Shown here one piece after another: positions 17,760 through 25,705 of a DNA stretch of 48,077 nucleotides (positions within the stretch are counted from its first letter, which is position 1; each line of letters starts with the position of its first letter). Origin of the DNA: Campylobacterales bacterium (lineage in GTDB: Bacteria > Campylobacterota > Campylobacteria > Campylobacterales > QNZT01); the NCBI GenBank assembly GCA_027055005.1, contig JALUNR010000025.1, positions 1-48,077 of the forward strand, written 5' to 3'. Below the pieces are notes generated by a model. It searched no databases and was not told where the DNA came from. It worked only from the letters and a program-made list of their open reading frames with translations. The translations under genes and the position numbers were made by a program.

Positions 17760-18683
17760 TTAAGGAGCCTTTATATCTTGAATAATTTTTTGAATAACAT
17801 CTTCAGCTTTTATACCTTTTGCCTCAGCTTGATAGTTTAATATCACACGATGTTTTAGTACATCAACTGCAACTTTAGCCACATCAAATGGAGTAACATA
17901 ATCTTTTCCATCTATATAAGCACGAGAGCGACTAGCTTTAAAAAGGTCTATACTTCCTCTAGGACTTGCTCCAAAGGTTAAGTTTTTGTCTTTTCTTGTA
18001 GCAAATACAATCTCTAACATATAACGAGTTATGGCATCATCAATATGAACTTCTTTACAAGATGCTTTTAAATCTTCTAACTCTTGCTTTGATGCAACTT
18101 GATTTATTTGTTTAAATTTAACTTCATCTCTTGCAATCTTATTTACTATCATAAACTCTTCATCGAAAGTGTTATAGGTAACATTTACTTTCATCATAAA
18201 TCTATCTAATTGAGCTTCTGGAAGATTGTAAGCTCCCTCTTGTTCTACTGGGTTTTGTGTTGCCATAACTAAAAAAGGAAGATTTAGTTTAAAACTCTCT
18301 TCACCGATGGTAACTTGTTTTTCTTGCATTACTTCAAGAAGTGCTGATTGTACTTTTGCTGGAGCTCTGTTTATCTCATCAGCTAGTAAAAGATTTGTAA
18401 AAACTGGACCTTTTTTAACTTCAAATTTATGTTCTTTTTGATTATAAATTTGAGTTCCTGTTATATCTGAAGGTAATAAATCAGGAGTAAATTGAATACG
18501 ACTAAAATCTAATCCTAAACTTTTTGATAAAGCATTTATGGCTGTTGTCTTTGCAACTCCAGGAACTCCCTCTACTAAAAGATGTCCATCACTAAGTAAG
18601 GCTATAAGCATAGAATCCACCAAATGCTCATGCCCTACAACTATTTTACTAACTTCATTTTTGATATCTTGAATTTTACTCAT
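17760..18683 (-). CDS. moxR: MoxR-family AAA+ ATPase
   Basis: 307 aa. Walker A is GVPGVAKT and Walker B is LLADEINRA. The MATQNPVEQEGAYNLPEAQLDRF signature of the MoxR/AAA_3 family is present. RBS AAGGAG lies upstream. Confidence 0.9.
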   Translation of the reverse strand: MSKIQDIKNEVSKIVVGHEHLVDSMLIALLSDGHLLVEGVPGVAKTTAINALSKSLGLDFSRIQFTPDLLPSDITGTQIYNQKEHKFEVKKGPVFTNLLLADEINRAPAKVQSALLEVMQEKQVTIGEESFKLNLPFLVMATQNPVEQEGAYNLPEAQLDRFMMKVNVTYNTFDEEFMIVNKIARDEVKFKQINQVASKQELEDLKASCKEVHIDDAITRYMLEIVFATRKDKNLTFGASPRGSIDLFKASRSRAYIDGKDYVTPFDVAKVAVDVLKHRVILNYQAEAKGIKAEDVIQKIIQDIKAP

Positions 18684-18765
18684 AATTCTCCTTTATGAAA
18701 ATAATTTGAATTGTAATACTAATGCATAAATGAAGAATTAATAGTTGGTTTATAAAATCATTTAC

Positions 18766-19203
18766 TTATTCTAAGATATTTTTTACTACTTGATTTATCC
18801 TTTTCCCATCAGCTTTTCCACTAAGTTCTTTTGATGCAATCCCCATAACTTTCCCCATATCTTTCATACTTGTTGCACCAATTTTTTCTATGATACTTTT
18901 AACTACTGTTGTTAGTTCTTCATCACTTAACTGTTTTGGTAAATACTCTTTAAGTATGTCTATCTCATTTTGATTTTGTTCTACCAAATCATCTCTGCCT
19001 CCATCTTTTGCAAAATTTATAGCATCTTCTCTTTGTTTTACACCTTTTTGGATAATTTTTAAAATATCACTTTCACTTACCTCTCTTCTTTCATCAACTT
19101 CTATTTGTTTGATAGCACTCATGATAAGTCTTATAGTATCTCTTTTTAAGATATTTTTTTCTCTCATAGCATTTTTCATATCATCTTTTAATCTTTGTAA
19201 CAT
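18766..19203 (-). CDS. yqeY: GatB/YqeY-domain protein
   Basis: 145 aa that aligns by eye to the YqeY family (LKDDMKNAMREKN..., YLPKQLSDEEL). Confidence 0.8.
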   Translation of the reverse strand: MLQRLKDDMKNAMREKNILKRDTIRLIMSAIKQIEVDERREVSESDILKIIQKGVKQREDAINFAKDGGRDDLVEQNQNEIDILKEYLPKQLSDEELTTVVKSIIEKIGATSMKDMGKVMGIASKELSGKADGKRINQVVKNILE

Positions 19204-19227
19204 ATTTTCTCCTTGTAAATTTATTTT

Positions 19228-21036
19228 TTATTCTACCGTAACACTCTTAGCTAAGTTTCTTGGCATATCTACATCATTCCCAAGCCTTATAGAAATCTCT
19301 AGTGCTAAAAGTTGTGTGATAACCATCATTTCAAAAAACTCTTCCATAGGATGTTCTTGTATAGTAGTTTTTATAAAATCATCAGATAAGTCAAACTCTA
19401 GTGGTGATATAGCTAGGATGGTTGCATCTCTAGCACTTAGTTCTTCAACATTTGATTTTGTTTTTTCATAGTGAAGATTTTTGGGCATAAGAGCTACTGT
19501 AAAAAGATTTGCATCGGCTAGGGCGATAGGACCGTGTTTCATCTCTCCTGCTGGATATCCTTCTGCATGAAGATAACTTATCTCTTTTAGTTTCAAAGCT
19601 CCCTCCAATGCTAGTGGAAAGAAAAGATCTCTTCCTATAAAGAAAAATCCATGACCGTGAAGGTATCTTTTGGAAAGTCTTCTTATCTTTTGATGAATAG
19701 TATCTTTTACTACACAAACTTTTGGTATATGTTTTATAGCTTTTAATTCACTATCTAACTCATCTTTAGATATGATTTTTTTATGCTCTGCAATATACAA
19801 ACTAAGCATCCATAAAACCATCACTTGAGTTGCAAAAGCTTTAGTTGAAGCAACCCCTTTTTCTATACCAGCTCTTGCCAAGAGACTTGTATCAGCTTCT
19901 CTTACGATAGAGGAGTTGTCAACATTGCAAATACTTAAAGTTTTAAGTCCTGCATTTTTTGCCATTTTTAAAGCCTCTAGTGTATCAGCAGTCTCTCCAC
20001 TTTGACTTATAACTATAAAAAGAGTTTCATGGTTTAAAAGTGGTTCTTTGTATCTAAACTCACTTGCAATCTCTACACTTGTACTTATTTTTGCTACTCT
20101 TTCAAAAAGATATGAAGTAGCTAATGCTGAGTGATAACTTGTTCCACATGCACAGATTTTTATATGAGTTATTCCATCAAAAAAGTTTTCATCAAGTTCT
20201 TCAAAATCAACTTTTTTATCCAGTGCTCTTCCTAAAATACAATCACTTAAAACTTCACTTTGCTCATATATCTCTTTTTCCATAAAAAATCTAAATCCAC
20301 CTTTTTGGGCTGAGATTTTATCTCCTACAAGTGGCTTTTTTTCTATTTGCATCGGAGTCTTGTTTGAGAAAAGTTTTATTTCTTTTTGTGTTGCATATCC
20401 ATATTCATCATCTTTTAAATACACTACTTCATTTGCCAATCCTAAAAGAGGAGCATCACTAGAAGCAAAAAATAGTTCATCACTATTTGTTCCTATTATC
20501 ATAGGAGAACCATTTTTTGCAAAAAAGATTTTATCTTGAGCAGTTTTTGTTATAAGTAGGATGGCATAAGCACCTTTTAAACTATCTAATGTCTTTTTAA
20601 AAGCTTCAAATTCATCTTTGCTCTGTTTATAATTTTTTTCATATAGATGCACTATAACTTCAGTATCAGTTTGACTTAAAAACTCTACACCCTCAGCTAT
20701 AAGAGAGTCTTTTATCTCTTTGTAGTTTTCTATGATTCCATTATGTACCACATAACTAAACTCTCCCAAATGAGGATGAGCATTTAATTCAGTTGGATTT
20801 CCATGAGTTGCCCACCTTGTATGTCCTATGCCTATACTAAAAGCATCTATTTGAAAATCTTTTGTTTTTTCTTTTAAGTTTTGTAACTTTCCAACTGCTT
20901 TTGAGTGAAAAATATTATCTGTTTCAAGTATAGCTATACCTGCACTATCATATCCTCTATACTCTAACTCTGCTAAACCATCTAATAAAATATCTTTTGA
21001 ATTATTTTTTCCAATATAACCAACTATTCCACACAT
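19228..21036 (-). CDS. glmS: Glutamine--fructose-6-phosphate aminotransferase
   Basis: 602 aa. The N-terminal nucleophile is MCGIVGY. Two SIS domains are present and the protein ends in the ...SVTVE terminus. Confidence 0.95.
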   Translation of the reverse strand: MCGIVGYIGKNNSKDILLDGLAELEYRGYDSAGIAILETDNIFHSKAVGKLQNLKEKTKDFQIDAFSIGIGHTRWATHGNPTELNAHPHLGEFSYVVHNGIIENYKEIKDSLIAEGVEFLSQTDTEVIVHLYEKNYKQSKDEFEAFKKTLDSLKGAYAILLITKTAQDKIFFAKNGSPMIIGTNSDELFFASSDAPLLGLANEVVYLKDDEYGYATQKEIKLFSNKTPMQIEKKPLVGDKISAQKGGFRFFMEKEIYEQSEVLSDCILGRALDKKVDFEELDENFFDGITHIKICACGTSYHSALATSYLFERVAKISTSVEIASEFRYKEPLLNHETLFIVISQSGETADTLEALKMAKNAGLKTLSICNVDNSSIVREADTSLLARAGIEKGVASTKAFATQVMVLWMLSLYIAEHKKIISKDELDSELKAIKHIPKVCVVKDTIHQKIRRLSKRYLHGHGFFFIGRDLFFPLALEGALKLKEISYLHAEGYPAGEMKHGPIALADANLFTVALMPKNLHYEKTKSNVEELSARDATILAISPLEFDLSDDFIKTTIQEHPMEEFFEMMVITQLLALEISIRLGNDVDMPRNLAKSVTVE

Positions 21037-23528
21037 AATCTTTTTATAATCCTCTCTTTATTTTTACAAAAATTGCCATTTTTTTCTATCAAAAACAGAT
21101 TTCTAGTTCGTCCTTTGATAGTTTGAATCTTAGCACTTGCTATATCAATATTTATATCGTCAAAAACAGAAGAAATATTAGCTAAAAGTCCCTTTTGATC
21201 TATGGTGTTTAGTTTAAAAGAAGCATAACTTCGTGAATGTTTACAATCGATAGTTATTTCATGGTGCTTTATTTTCAAAGGATGAAGTCTTGGAGATTTA
21301 CTCATATCAAAACTATCTTTGATATATTTTTGTATCATAAGTATATCCATTTCCTCTCTAACACTCTCTATAAACTCTATTTTAAAATACTTAACTCCAT
21401 CAAAAAATTTAAAAATATCCATTGTTGATACATTTAAGTGTGATAATTTTGATAAAAAGTATCCTAAGTTAAAAGATTCTCTTCTTTGGATTTCAATAGT
21501 TAAAGCATTTGTTGCATCTATTTTAAAATCATAAGAGTTATTTAAATTGGCAATCCATTTAGAGATAGATACTATTTGCTCTGTTGGATATTTAAAAAAA
21601 AGAAGATTTGATTCTATGGATAAAATCTTCTTTTGCAAAAGTTTAGGTAGTAATAAAAACTCTTTATTCCTTTTTAGTTTTGTTTCTTCTTTCACTCTTT
21701 TTTTTGCTTCTGTTATGATTTTTTTATTATTTTTTATTGCTTCAAGAGATATTTCATACAACTCTTTTATAAGATTTGCATTTAAGTTTGAGTATGTTCC
21801 TTTTGCTACTGATTCTATATCAGCATAAGTTAAAATATAGAGCATAGTTAAGTTTTTTTCATTTTTTATATGTGATAAAAAGTTCAGTACAACCTTGTCA
21901 CTATAAATATCTTCTCTATTTGCAGTATTACTCATATTTGTGTGATTTTTTATAAGGGTATAAATAATATTTGCATCACTTACACTAAATCCTACTTCTA
22001 AGGCAAATTTTTTAGCAATATTTGCTCCAAGAAGTGAGTGATCTTGTTTTCTACCTTTTCCACAATCATGTAGTAAAGTTGCAAACTTCAATACAACCTT
22101 TTCACCACTTGAAAGTTTTTCATAAAGTGCTTTTATATTTTTTTCTTCTATATTTTCTAATGATTTTATTGCAAGTAAGGAGTGTATATCTACTGGAAAT
22201 TTATGATATCCATCAAACTGTTCAAGATGTTTTATCTTTCTAAAAGGAGGTATTAAATCTGAAAGTATATTTGCATTATAAAAAGCCATCAAAGTTTTAT
22301 AAATATAATCTTTTGCTAAAAACTCTTTCAAGATTTTTTTCTCTTTTATCTCTTTTTTAGATTTACTTAAAAGATAAATGTAACTTATATCATACTCTAT
22401 ATTTTTATCTTTCATATAAGTTAATAACTCTTTTAAAAGTTGGGTTAAGTCTTGTTTTTTCGGATTAGTTGTTGTAAAAAGTTTATTTTGGCAAAGATAT
22501 TTTTGAAAACTTATATGAGAGTTTTTTAAAAGTGAAATATTTTGTTTTCTAAAGAAATATCTTTTGGTTAATCTTTTTAGTATTAATTCAGATAAATTTC
22601 TTATGATATGCATAGAAGCAAAAGTTTTTCTTATAAGCTTTCTTTCACTTAGATTTATTTTTTCAGAAATAGAAGGAAGGTTTTCAAGTATAAGTTTATC
22701 TTGTTTTTTTCCACATACTAGATGCATTGCACTCCTCAATCTATATAAAAACTCTACTGAACTTAAAAGTGAAGTGTATTGATTATAAGTTATGATATTT
22801 GAGGGTAAATGCTTCACTTGATGAATATTATATAAGCTTTTAGCTATCCAAAAGATTGTATTAAAATCTCTCAATCCTCCTGGTGAAGATTTTATATTTG
22901 GTTGCATAGAAAACGGATGAGATTTTCTTCTTTTTTTATACTCATCTATTTTTGCTAAAACAAACTTTTTTTGAGAATCTTTTTGAATCTTTTTTATCAC
23001 ATTTTCAGTTTCAAAATATAAGTGTTTAGAACCATAAATAAATCGTGATTCTATCATCGCTGTTTTTATAGTTTGGTCAGTTTGGCTAGCACTTAAAAGT
23101 TCTTCTATTTTATGCACTCTATGTCCAAGTTTTAAACCACTATCCCATAAAACTTGTAAAAACTTTTGGATAATATCTTCTAAATTGTAACCTTTAACAT
23201 CTTTATAAACTATCATAATATCTATATCAGAATAAACACAAAGCTGTTCCCTACCATAAGAACCTAGAGCTACCAATGATATAGGAAGAGTATTTGAAAG
23301 AGGAATAAACTCTTCAAAAAAAACTCTTAAAATATACTTGTAAGTAGCTTTTATAATAGAATCTATATTTTTAGTATGTCTAACAAGAAAGTTTTTCCCC
23401 TGATCTTTTTCATATATTTTATCTAATGAGTTAAGATAAGTATTTATCTCATTTTTTATGACTTTTGATACTTCAAATTCTGATGCATCAGTGTATATTA
23501 ATTCTTCTATTTTTTGAGACAGATTCAT
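21024..23528 (-). CDS. glnD: [Protein-PII] uridylyltransferase / uridylyl-removing enzyme
   Basis: 834 aa. Nucleotidyltransferase motif GSYGREQLCVYSDIDIMIV, HD domain (LLHDCGK) and two C-terminal ACT-like segments are present. It overlaps glmS by 13 nt. Confidence 0.85.
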   Translation of the reverse strand: MNLSQKIEELIYTDASEFEVSKVIKNEINTYLNSLDKIYEKDQGKNFLVRHTKNIDSIIKATYKYILRVFFEEFIPLSNTLPISLVALGSYGREQLCVYSDIDIMIVYKDVKGYNLEDIIQKFLQVLWDSGLKLGHRVHKIEELLSASQTDQTIKTAMIESRFIYGSKHLYFETENVIKKIQKDSQKKFVLAKIDEYKKRRKSHPFSMQPNIKSSPGGLRDFNTIFWIAKSLYNIHQVKHLPSNIITYNQYTSLLSSVEFLYRLRSAMHLVCGKKQDKLILENLPSISEKINLSERKLIRKTFASMHIIRNLSELILKRLTKRYFFRKQNISLLKNSHISFQKYLCQNKLFTTTNPKKQDLTQLLKELLTYMKDKNIEYDISYIYLLSKSKKEIKEKKILKEFLAKDYIYKTLMAFYNANILSDLIPPFRKIKHLEQFDGYHKFPVDIHSLLAIKSLENIEEKNIKALYEKLSSGEKVVLKFATLLHDCGKGRKQDHSLLGANIAKKFALEVGFSVSDANIIYTLIKNHTNMSNTANREDIYSDKVVLNFLSHIKNEKNLTMLYILTYADIESVAKGTYSNLNANLIKELYEISLEAIKNNKKIITEAKKRVKEETKLKRNKEFLLLPKLLQKKILSIESNLLFFKYPTEQIVSISKWIANLNNSYDFKIDATNALTIEIQRRESFNLGYFLSKLSHLNVSTMDIFKFFDGVKYFKIEFIESVREEMDILMIQKYIKDSFDMSKSPRLHPLKIKHHEITIDCKHSRSYASFKLNTIDQKGLLANISSVFDDINIDIASAKIQTIKGRTRNLFLIEKNGNFCKNKERIIKRLCVE

Positions 23529-23724
23529 AAAACTTATTTCCTATTTTAATCTTACTTTAAGTTTTTTTATTAAAATGGCTTTATATCAAGCATCTTTCAT
23601 TATTATTAAAAGTAAAACTATTTGTATTTTTGTTAATTTAAAGATATTTTACCAAAGTTTTTTAATATTAAATAATATATATAAATTGATTTAAAATCTT
23701 AACAAGCAAATCATTTTTTTTCTC

Positions 23725-23730
23725 TATAAT
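23725..23730 (+). promoter_or_regulatory. Candidate -10 box (TATAAT) for the first barrel-SPOR gene
   Basis: TATAAT is preceded by a T8 tract and lies 22 nt upstream of ATG 23752. RBS AAAGGTAAG is present. Confidence 0.35.
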
Positions 23731-23751
23731 CCAAAGAAAAAAAGGTAAGTT

Positions 23752-24678
23752 ATGAAGTTTAGATTTTCACTTTTTCTTATATCTTTGAGTATCATTAGTA
23801 ATTTAAATGCAGGTAAAATTGTTATGAGTACTACTTTTGGAAAGCAGTTAACAACTCCAAGTTATAAGCTTGTTGATGATAGAAATCTGATAGGATTAGG
23901 AATTCGTGGATATTTAAACAAAAATTATGCGATTGATATGAGATTTGCAACTTCAAAATCAAATCTTATGCAAGATGGCGGAAAAACTGATATAGAAAGA
24001 GGGAGTGTAAATCTTTTTTATGACTTATATCCAAATGTAAAAGTTTCACCTTATTTATTTGCTGGTGGTGGATATGAAAAACTACATCGTGTATATAAAA
24101 ATATTGGATCTCAATCTTTTGGTGATATGGGAGTTGGACTAAGGGTTGATTTAACAAAAAGTATAGAATTTAATACTGAAATTAAATATCTTAAAAAAGC
24201 AAGAACAAAAGATGATGAAGTTATAGCTACTATGGGATTTGGTGTGAAGTTTGGACAAAATCAAAAAAAACAGCTAGTTCATAAAAAACTAAAAATAAAA
24301 GAGTATATTAAACCAAAATATGAAACTACTATCAAAGTTGCTAAACCAGCTGTTAAAGCTGAAAAAAAGAGTGTTGATACAAAAGGATTATTTTGTGATG
24401 AAGTAGGTTATGCTAAAACAAAAATCTCTCATAATACTAAAGCAATAAGTAAAAAAATAGTTCCTAAAAGCAACTTTATACAAATAGCTTCACTAACAAA
24501 GATACAAAATGTTAAAAAAACCATAAAAGGATTAAAATCAAAAGGATTAAAAATCAAAGTTTTGAAACACTCAAACTTTACAACAGTACTTGTAGGGCCA
24601 TATAAAAAATCTAAAATTTCAAAAATTTTTCAAAAAGTTAAGCTTTTGCATAAAGATGCTTTTTACAAAAAGTTATAA
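23752..24678 (+). CDS. Outer-membrane beta-barrel protein with a C-terminal SPOR domain (paralog 1)
   Basis: 308 aa. Signal peptide ...SNLNA/G. aa 21-168 are small-barrel-like with alternating strands ending in ATMGFGVKFG. A K-rich linker follows. aa 240-306 fit SPOR (NFIQIASL...TTVLVGPYKK...DAFY). Confidence 0.7.
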   Translation: MKFRFSLFLISLSIISNLNAGKIVMSTTFGKQLTTPSYKLVDDRNLIGLGIRGYLNKNYAIDMRFATSKSNLMQDGGKTDIERGSVNLFYDLYPNVKVSPYLFAGGGYEKLHRVYKNIGSQSFGDMGVGLRVDLTKSIEFNTEIKYLKKARTKDDEVIATMGFGVKFGQNQKKQLVHKKLKIKEYIKPKYETTIKVAKPAVKAEKKSVDTKGLFCDEVGYAKTKISHNTKAISKKIVPKSNFIQIASLTKIQNVKKTIKGLKSKGLKIKVLKHSNFTTVLVGPYKKSKISKIFQKVKLLHKDAFYKKL

Positions 24679-24720
24679 ATTTTCATAAAAAAAGTTAAAC
24701 TATTTTCTTTTTTTGACGAT

Positions 24721-24750
24721 ATCCTTCAAAACATATAGTTAATGAAGGAT
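24721..24750 (+). promoter_or_regulatory. Hairpin whose 3' arm contains the RBS of the second barrel-SPOR gene
   Basis: ATCCTTCA at 24721-24728 pairs with TGAAGGAT at 24743-24750, with a 14-nt loop. GAAGGA is the only Shine-Dalgarno candidate, 5 nt before ATG 24756. Confidence 0.35.
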
Positions 24751-24755
24751 TTATT

Positions 24756-25670
24756 ATGAAAAAAGGATTGGTTTTATCTGCTTTTTTACTAACTTCTATA
24801 TTTGCAAAAACAGAAGTAAGCTTAAACTTAGGAACAAATAGTTTTGCAAGTAGTGAAATACTAGATAGTGCTACAAGTTTAGGTGTAAGGGGAGATTTTT
24901 ATTTAGATGACTTATATCATATTGATTTAGGATATGATAATCTAGGAAATGTTCAGATAGAAAAATTAAATAATAAACTAAAAATAGATAGATTTTATAC
25001 TCAGTTTAGTGCAGATGGTGAAGAAGAGTATCATGTAGTACCTACTATGTCTGTTGGAGTTGGCTATGAAAGACAAAAAGGAGATCTTAGTGATTCTCAA
25101 CCATTTATATCTGCTGGTATAAATTTTAGATATAATCTTTCAAATAATTTAAATTTTCTTTTAGGATCAAAAGCACTTTGGAAAACTTCAAGTAGAGATA
25201 TAAATTTTCATTCAACTGTAGGAATAGGATATCTTTTTGGAGAAGAGCCTATAAATAATGAAGATAAACAAGAAGAGATAAAAATACCAGAAAAAAAACT
25301 AGATATTTCTACTCAATTTTCTCCAAAAGAAGTCACCCAAGTTGTACCTATACCAAAGGTAGTTCCTGTACAAGCAGATGTAAAAGAGATTGCTGTAGAA
25401 AAAATTTCACCAAAAATTCCAACCAAAATCAAACCTGTGCAAACTTTACAAAGTAGAGGTTATTTTATACAAGTTGGAGCATATAGCAAAAATCAACCAA
25501 TCAAACTTTTAACAAAACTATCAAAAGAAGGAAATCATATAGTTTTAAGACATCAACAAAATATAACTAAAGCTCTTGTTGGACCATACAGTAGCGAAGA
25601 AAAGGCAAGAAAAAACTTAGTAAATATAAGAAGATATGCAAAAGGTGCATTTATCTATAAAGAAAACTAA
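24756..25670 (+). CDS. Outer-membrane beta-barrel protein with a C-terminal SPOR domain (paralog 2)
   Basis: 304 aa. Signal peptide ...SIFA/K. The barrel ends in VGIGYLFG. A P/V/K-rich linker follows. aa 234-302 fit SPOR (GYFIQVGAYSKN...KALVGPYSSEEKARKNL...GAFI). Confidence 0.7.
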   Translation: MKKGLVLSAFLLTSIFAKTEVSLNLGTNSFASSEILDSATSLGVRGDFYLDDLYHIDLGYDNLGNVQIEKLNNKLKIDRFYTQFSADGEEEYHVVPTMSVGVGYERQKGDLSDSQPFISAGINFRYNLSNNLNFLLGSKALWKTSSRDINFHSTVGIGYLFGEEPINNEDKQEEIKIPEKKLDISTQFSPKEVTQVVPIPKVVPVQADVKEIAVEKISPKIPTKIKPVQTLQSRGYFIQVGAYSKNQPIKLLTKLSKEGNHIVLRHQQNITKALVGPYSSEEKARKNLVNIRRYAKGAFIYKEN

Positions 25671-25672
25671 GA

Positions 25673-25678
25673 TATAAT
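25673..25678 (+). promoter_or_regulatory. Candidate -10 box (TATAAT) for the mqn gene
   Basis: GATATAAT lies immediately after the upstream stop codon and 28 nt before ATG 25706. RBS AAGGGGAG is present. Confidence 0.3.
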
Positions 25679-25705
25679 CTCTCCTAAAATCAAGGGGAGA
25701 CAACG

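Noticed and set aside
7200-18683. I considered whether the Bat plus giant-gene block is a horizontally acquired island or a mobile element.
   Set aside because: It has no flanking tRNA, integrase, transposase or direct repeats. Base composition and codon style look the same as in neighbouring core genes by eye. It is embedded in a continuous co-directional gene array that starts at glnD.
17760-18683. I considered whether the MoxR AAA+ ATPase with VWA partners is an anti-phage defence module.
   Set aside because: The gene order (MoxR, DUF58, DUF4381-like, two membrane VWA proteins, TPR, BatD) is the canonical Bat operon. No nuclease, protease effector or other defence-type domain is present.
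23575-23691. A 38-aa ORF (MALYQASFIIIKSKTICIFVNLKIFYQSFLILNNIYIN) lies in the 223-nt glnD / barrel-SPOR divergent spacer.
   Set aside because: It has no Shine-Dalgarno sequence, its composition simply mirrors the AT-rich spacer, and it overlaps the likely promoter region.
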